From Candidatus Spongiisociaceae bacterium (lineage in GTDB: Bacteria > Actinomycetota > Acidimicrobiia > Spongiisociales > Spongiisociaceae): 64,000 nt of DNA. Numbering within the stretch: the stretch's first letter is position 1; each line of letters begins with the position of its first letter. The notes below the pieces were generated by a model. The model did no database searches and was not told the origin of the DNA. It saw only the letters and a program-made list of their open reading frames with translations. Location of the stretch: assembly GCA_965202665.1 (NCBI GenBank), contig OZ241841.1, positions 1,728,001-1,792,000 on the forward strand. Reading direction: 5' to 3'. Both the position numbers and the translations under genes were made by a program. This document shows positions 59,111 through 64,000 of the stretch, in pieces.

Positions 59111-60919
59111 TTATCGGGGCGGGGCGGGGCGGCGGCCGGTCAGCGAACGTTCATCGCCGTGCCGGACGGTCGCCCCGGAGCCGTCCAGCCATTCCAGCAA
59201 CGGAACCGCGTATTTGCGGGTCAGCCCCATCGCGTCCCGGAAGGCGGCCACCGTGAACCGCTCCGGCAGGTCGCCCAAGCGGGCCAGAAGTTCTTCAATC
59301 TGTTCGGGCAGGTAGACCAGATGGTCGGAGATCCGCACCAGCCGGCCCTCCCGCACCAGGATGTGAACCAGTTCCGGGTCCGCCCGCAGTTCCGCCACCC
59401 GGGGGGCTTGCAGCCCCGCCTCCCGCAGCTCCCGCCGGATGCGCTCCCATTCGGCGTTTTCCCCCTCTTGGAAGGCGGGGGCGAAACCGGCTTCCGCCAC
59501 CGCCGAGCCCTTTTCCTCCAGGCGGGGTTCCAAAGACAGAAGCGCGGACAGGGCCTCGGCCTCCACCCCCAGCCGGCTGGCCAAGCTGGCTTTGGGAATG
59601 CCCGGACGCAACGGGTTTTCCCGGTGGTAGGAGGCGACCGTCCGCCGGGCCCGCTCGGCCAGCCGGGCGGCCCGTTCCCCGGCTAAAAACATTTCGCCCG
59701 CCTCCAGGCCGTTTGCCGGCCGCCCGCCTCCCGAATGGGCGGCCAGCACCCGGGACTTTTCCATCCCCCGCCCCTCCAGCAACGCATCGGCCCGTTGGCC
59801 GGGGGAGCCGTCCAACGCCCCCCGCAGCCGGGCGGCCAAACCGGCCCGCACTTTCGCCTGCGGGGGGGCGAACGGCTCCAACACCCGTCCGCCGCCCGCG
59901 ATCAGGCGGCGTCCCGAATCCCGCACAACGAACCGGTCGCCCATCCGCACCGGGGCCGGGCGGTCCAGTTCCAACACCGCCAGCTGCTCGCCGGTTTCCG
60001 TTTCCGATACGGGACGCAGGCGAATCGTCCATGTCCCGCTGCCCAAATGCATCTGATAGGCCCCCCGCCCGGTGAAAGGCCGCTCCCGGTAGCGGGCGCG
60101 GCGCAACAGGGCCAACAGGCGGCGGGAGGGGACCCATTCCCCGGGGCGGCCCAGCATCGCCCCCCGCTCCGTCTTCTCCCGTTCCAAACCGGCCAGCCCC
60201 ACCGCCGTTCTGCAACCCGGCCCCACCGTTCGCCGTTCGGCTTCGTGCGACTGCAGGGAACGGATGCGGCTTTTCCATCCACCGGGGTGAAACTCCACCG
60301 GATCCCCTATCGCCAGCGGGCCGCCCACCAGCGTCCCGGTGGCCACCGTGCCCGTTCCGGCGACGGTGAAAGAACGATCCACCCACAGGCGGGGGCGCCC
60401 TTCGTCCCGCACCGGACAGCCGTCGGCCATTTGCGCCAGACGCTCCCGCAGCCGCTCCATCCCCTCCCCGGTGACCGCCGACACCGGGACGATCGGCGAC
60501 CCGTCCAGCGAAGTTCCCGCCAGGCGCTCCGAAACTTCCAAAGCGGCCAACTCGGCCAAATCTTCGTCCACCCGGTCCGCTTTGGTGAGGGCGATCACCC
60601 CCCGGCGGACGTCCAGCGCGTCCAGCGCCGCCAAATGCTCCTCCGACTGCGGCATCCAGCCTTCGTCGGCGGCCACCGCCATCAGGGCGGCGTCGAAGCC
60701 TTCCGTTCCGGCCAGCATGTTTTTGATGAAACGTTCATGGCCGGGGACGTCCACGAACGAAACCTCCCCCCGCCCCAGACGGGTCCAGGCGAAACCCAGG
60801 TCGATGGTGAGGCCCCGTTCTTTCTCCTCCCGCCAGCGGTCCGGGTCGCGGCCGGTGAGGGCCGCCACCAGGGTGGATTTGCCGTGGTCGACGTGGCCGG
60901 CGGTTCCTATGACCGGCAT
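59111..60919 (-). CDS. selB: Selenocysteine-specific elongation factor
   Basis: IGTAGHVDHGKS, EEKERGLTIDLGF, DVPGHERFIKNM, MPQSEEH, TRKYAVPLLEWLD. Confidence 0.96.
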   Translation of the reverse strand: MPVIGTAGHVDHGKSTLVAALTGRDPDRWREEKERGLTIDLGFAWTRLGRGEVSFVDVPGHERFIKNMLAGTEGFDAALMAVAADEGWMPQSEEHLAALDALDVRRGVIALTKADRVDEDLAELAALEVSERLAGTSLDGSPIVPVSAVTGEGMERLRERLAQMADGCPVRDEGRPRLWVDRSFTVAGTGTVATGTLVGGPLAIGDPVEFHPGGWKSRIRSLQSHEAERRTVGPGCRTAVGLAGLEREKTERGAMLGRPGEWVPSRRLLALLRRARYRERPFTGRGAYQMHLGSGTWTIRLRPVSETETGEQLAVLELDRPAPVRMGDRFVVRDSGRRLIAGGGRVLEPFAPPQAKVRAGLAARLRGALDGSPGQRADALLEGRGMEKSRVLAAHSGGGRPANGLEAGEMFLAGERAARLAERARRTVASYHRENPLRPGIPKASLASRLGVEAEALSALLSLEPRLEEKGSAVAEAGFAPAFQEGENAEWERIRRELREAGLQAPRVAELRADPELVHILVREGRLVRISDHLVYLPEQIEELLARLGDLPERFTVAAFRDAMGLTRKYAVPLLEWLDGSGATVRHGDERSLTGRRPAPPR

Positions 60920-62265
60920 ACGGTGCGCAGGGCGGCCGCCACCCGGGGGTCGTCATCGGGATGAACCGCCCGCAAATCAAGCAACAGGTCGCCGCCGCTC
61001 CGGCGGGCCGCCACCGCCGGGTCGGTTCGCAGCAGGGCCCCCCACAGGCGCTCCCCCTCCCCGGCCAAGGCCAAAACCGGGGAGGGCACGGTCATTCCCG
61101 GAACGGAACCGGCCCCCGCCGCCGCCTCCGACTCCCGCAGAACGGGGGCTGTCCCGGCCGCCCCGGCCACCGCCCGCAACCGTTCCCCCAGGGCCTCCAC
61201 CGGTGTGGCGGCCATCGCCCAGAAAGGTATTTCCCCGGCCCGCCCGGAGGCGTACAGTTCGGCGGTGACGGTGAGCCCGGCGATGGTCGGGCCGTCCAGC
61301 CGCAGGGCCCGGGCCAGCGGGTTGCGCCGCAGCCGGGACACCAACTCTTCCCGTCCGGCGATGATTCCCGCCTGGCATCCCCCGAACAGTTTGTCCCCCG
61401 AAAACATGGCCAGATCGGCTCCCCGTTGCAAGGTTTGGCGCACCCCCGGTTCGTCGGCCAGCCAAGCGGGGGGAGGGCCCGCCGCCCAGGGAACGGTTTC
61501 GTCCAGCAGGCCGCTCCCCAGGTCGTAGGCCGCCGGCAAACCCCGCTCGGCCCCCAGATGCGCCAACTCCGAGATCCCGGTGTGTTCTTCGAACCCGGCG
61601 ATGCGGAAGTTGGAAGGATGCACTTTGAGCAACAGGGCGGAGTCGTCGCCCAAGGCCCGTTGGTAGTCGGACAGGCGGGTGCGGTTGGTGGTTCCCACTT
61701 CCACCAGCCGCGCCCCGGAGGCGGCCATCAAATCCGGCAGGCGGTAGGAGCCCCCGATTTCGATTAACTCCCCGCGGGAGACCGGAACCTCCCGCCCGGC
61801 GGCCAAAGTGTGCAAAACCAGAAACAGGGCGGCGGCGTTGTTGTTCACCGCCAAAACCGCCTCCGCCCCGGTCAGGCGGGCCAGCAGGCCCTCCAAATAG
61901 GCGCCCCGGGAGCCCCTCCCCCCCCGGTTCAGGTCGAACTCCAGGTTGCCGTAGCCGACGGCCGCCGCCCGGGCTTCTTCGGCGGCCGCCCGATGGAGGG
62001 GGGCGCGGCCCAGGTTGGTGTGCAGGAGCACCCCGGTGGCGTTGATCACCGGGCGGTGCCGCAGAAAGCGCAGGCGGCGAATTTCCCGCCGGGCCCGTTC
62101 CTCCGGGTCGGCTTCCCGCCCGGCCATCCGGTCGGCGCGGGCGGAATCGATGGCGGCCCTCGCCGCTTCCACCACCAGGGCCCCGGGCAGGCCGTAATCC
62201 TCCCCGGAGGCGGCCAACCGGCCGACTAGGGCGTCAACGGCGGGCAGGCCGCGCAGGTTAGTCAT
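60907..62265 (-). CDS. selA: L-seryl-tRNA(Sec) selenium transferase
   Basis: VINATGVLLHTNLGRA, VNNNAAA, SRGELIEIGGSYR, EVGTTNRT, FSGDKL. Confidence 0.96.
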   Translation of the reverse strand: MTNLRGLPAVDALVGRLAASGEDYGLPGALVVEAARAAIDSARADRMAGREADPEERARREIRRLRFLRHRPVINATGVLLHTNLGRAPLHRAAAEEARAAAVGYGNLEFDLNRGGRGSRGAYLEGLLARLTGAEAVLAVNNNAAALFLVLHTLAAGREVPVSRGELIEIGGSYRLPDLMAASGARLVEVGTTNRTRLSDYQRALGDDSALLLKVHPSNFRIAGFEEHTGISELAHLGAERGLPAAYDLGSGLLDETVPWAAGPPPAWLADEPGVRQTLQRGADLAMFSGDKLFGGCQAGIIAGREELVSRLRRNPLARALRLDGPTIAGLTVTAELYASGRAGEIPFWAMAATPVEALGERLRAVAGAAGTAPVLRESEAAAGAGSVPGMTVPSPVLALAGEGERLWGALLRTDPAVAARRSGGDLLLDLRAVHPDDDPRVAAALRTVCRS

Positions 62266-62299
62266 CGGCTAAGAATAACGATAGCGTAAAATAGGGGGC

Positions 62300-62671
62300 A
62301 TGGGGTGGTTGCTTCGCCTGGCTTTCTTTCTGGTCCCGGCCGCGGAACTGGGGCTGTTCGCGGTCGTGTGGAGCCGCATCGGGCTGGGATGGGCCCTTTT
62401 GGCGGTGGCGGCCACCGCCCTGATCGGGGCGGCCCTGGTGCGCCGTCAAGGGCTGGCCGTTTGGGAGAAGATGCGGGAAGACCTGGCCGCGGGCGGAACC
62501 CCGGCCCGGCATTTGGCGCACGGCGTCCTGTTGCTGGTGGGCGGCGCGCTGTTGCTGACCCCCGGGTTTTTGACCGACGGGGCCGGGTTCGCCCTGATGA
62601 TCCCCCCGGTGCGGGAGGCTTTGTACAATGCGGGCGTCCGCCGCTTGCGCCGCCGCGCCGTCAACATTTGA
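62300..62671 (+). CDS. fxsA: FxsA family membrane protein
   Basis: PAAELG, LVRRQG, GGALLLTPGFLTD..G..L.IPPVR. Confidence 0.88.
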   Translation: MGWLLRLAFFLVPAAELGLFAVVWSRIGLGWALLAVAATALIGAALVRRQGLAVWEKMREDLAAGGTPARHLAHGVLLLVGGALLLTPGFLTDGAGFALMIPPVREALYNAGVRRLRRRAVNI

Positions 62672-63345
62672 TGACCCCCCGGCCCGCTTCCACCCTGGTT
62701 CTGTTGCGTACGGCGGGGGGGCGGATGGAGACGTTGATGATTAAACGGCAGGCGGCCCTGTTCGGGGCCGGATGGTGGGTGTTCCCCGGCGGGTCGCTGG
62801 AACCCGCCGACCGGCTCCCCGAAAACCGGGAGTTGGTGGCCGGGGCGGGGCGGGAAGAAGACATCCCCTGGATAGCGGCCGCTTTGCGGGAAACCGCCGA
62901 AGAAGTCGGGTTGTGCCCGACCCGGCCCGACCGGTTGGCGGAACGGCCCGACCCGGCGGACGTGTACGGGTGGCTGCGCCGGTCGGGGGTCCGGATGGAC
63001 GGGGGCGGGTTGGCTTTGCTGTCCAACTGGGTCACGCCCGCCGGGGTGCGCAAACGTTTCGACACCCGCTTCTACGTAGCTCAGTGGGGCGGCCCGGGGG
63101 AACCCCGTCCGGATCGGGCGGAAGTGGCGGAGGCGGAATGGGTGGCCCCGGAGGCGATGCTGGGGCGGGAACGCCGGGAATATCCGCTAATCCAACCCAC
63201 CTATGAGACTTTGGAACTGTTGGCCCGGTTTGACTCCCCGCAGGCGGTGGTTGATTTCGCACGCGGGCGGGAAGTGGTTCCCATTCATCCTCCGCTGGAA
63301 TGGGCGCCGCCGGAAAGCGGGCGGGCCGCGGGGGCGGGGGGGTAG
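62671..63345 (+). CDS. NUDIX hydrolase
   Basis: RPASTLVLLR, WVFPGG, AALRETAEEVG, WVTP...KRFDTRF. Confidence 0.9.
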   Translation: MTPRPASTLVLLRTAGGRMETLMIKRQAALFGAGWWVFPGGSLEPADRLPENRELVAGAGREEDIPWIAAALRETAEEVGLCPTRPDRLAERPDPADVYGWLRRSGVRMDGGGLALLSNWVTPAGVRKRFDTRFYVAQWGGPGEPRPDRAEVAEAEWVAPEAMLGRERREYPLIQPTYETLELLARFDSPQAVVDFARGREVVPIHPPLEWAPPESGRAAGAGG

Positions 63346-63348
63346 CGG

Positions 63349-64000
63349 ATGTTTTCGACGGTGCGCATCCTGGCCCCCAACCCCGGCGTTTTCACCGGGC
63401 CGGGCACCAACACCTATGTCGCGGTTTCCGGCGGTGAATGTGTGATAATCGACCCGGGGCCGGTGGAAGAATCCCATCGGCGGGCGATTCTGGGAGCGGT
63501 GGATGGCTTGCAGCCCAGGGCGGTGCTGGTTACGCACACCCACCCCGACCATGCGCCGCTGGCCAATCCGCTGGCGGAGCGGCTGGGCGTCGCCGCCTAC
63601 GGCTTTGCGCCCGGCCCCGAATTCGCGCCCGATCGGCGGTTGCGGGACGGCGACCGCCTGCGTTTCGGAGAGGAGGTTCTGGAGGTGTTGCACACCCCCG
63701 GCCATTCCGACGATCATCTGTGTTTCCGGCTGGGAGGCGCGGTGTTCACCGGCGACCACATCATGGGGGGCTCCACGGTGATAGTGGAGGACATGGCCCT
63801 TTATCTCCGCTCCCTGGAAAGGCTTCGCGGATGGGAGATGACCCGCCTGCTGCCCGGCCACGGGGAGCCGATGGACCGCCCCTATCAGACGGTGGACGAC
63901 TATTTGGCCCACCGTCTGATGCGGGAAAGGCAGATTACGGCGGCCCTGGAAGGGGGAGCGGCGCGGGTGGGGGAGATAGTGGAGGCGGTCTACCGCGATG
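63349..64000 (+). CDS. MBL-fold metallo-hydrolase (partial, runs off the window)
   Basis: APNPGVFTGPGTNTY, THTHPDH, HTPGHSDDH, FTGDH, LPGHG. Confidence 0.9.
   Translation, partial: MFSTVRILAPNPGVFTGPGTNTYVAVSGGECVIIDPGPVEESHRRAILGAVDGLQPRAVLVTHTHPDHAPLANPLAERLGVAAYGFAPGPEFAPDRRLRDGDRLRFGEEVLEVLHTPGHSDDHLCFRLGGAVFTGDHIMGGSTVIVEDMALYLRSLERLRGWEMTRLLPGHGEPMDRPYQTVDDYLAHRLMRERQITAALEGGAARVGEIVEAVYRD

Noticed and set aside
1-64000. CRISPR arrays, tRNA and rRNA genes
   Set aside because: None recognised by eye; no regularly spaced repeat-spacer units or cloverleaf motifs were seen.

Overview
High-GC actinobacterial window. The Thr/Ala-linker lipoprotein, SLH/FG-GAP surface proteins and IS481/ISL3 relics suggest Acidimicrobiia; this is an inference. 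The core genes are: a GMC oxidoreductase with a divergent XRE-cupin/FAD oxidoreductase/CoA-transferase/crotonase operon, a BMP-type ABC transporter, DtxR, M20 and CocE hydrolases, nnr, a GcvT-family dehydrogenase with an MttB-family methyltransferase, paaABCDE with a TetR regulator, rnhA, an MprAB-like two-component system, a DUF2339-like protein, selB/selA, fxsA, a NUDIX and an MBL hydrolase. Three accessory regions stand out. (1) A ~13 kb locus (43.0-56.0 kb) holds three copies of an SLH-anchored surface protein gene. One copy is complete (+, with promoter, RBS and signal peptide). Two are 5'-truncated copies in the opposite orientation, one on each side. They share up to ~1.6 kb of identical 5' sequence but carry different C-terminal FG-GAP propeller cassettes, which is the layout of an inversion/gene-conversion surface-variation system. 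(2) A low-GC three-gene operon encodes an SNF2 helicase, an NBD-only Hsp70 with a Cys-rich insert and a Zn-ribbon-tailed protein; it is a candidate undescribed defence or stress module. (3) Two related CpG-poor mini-islands (24.1-25.2 kb and 56.6-58.3 kb) share a 127-bp promoter module and homologous small ORFs, and each carries a different AT-rich payload. All alignments and composition statements were made by eye.
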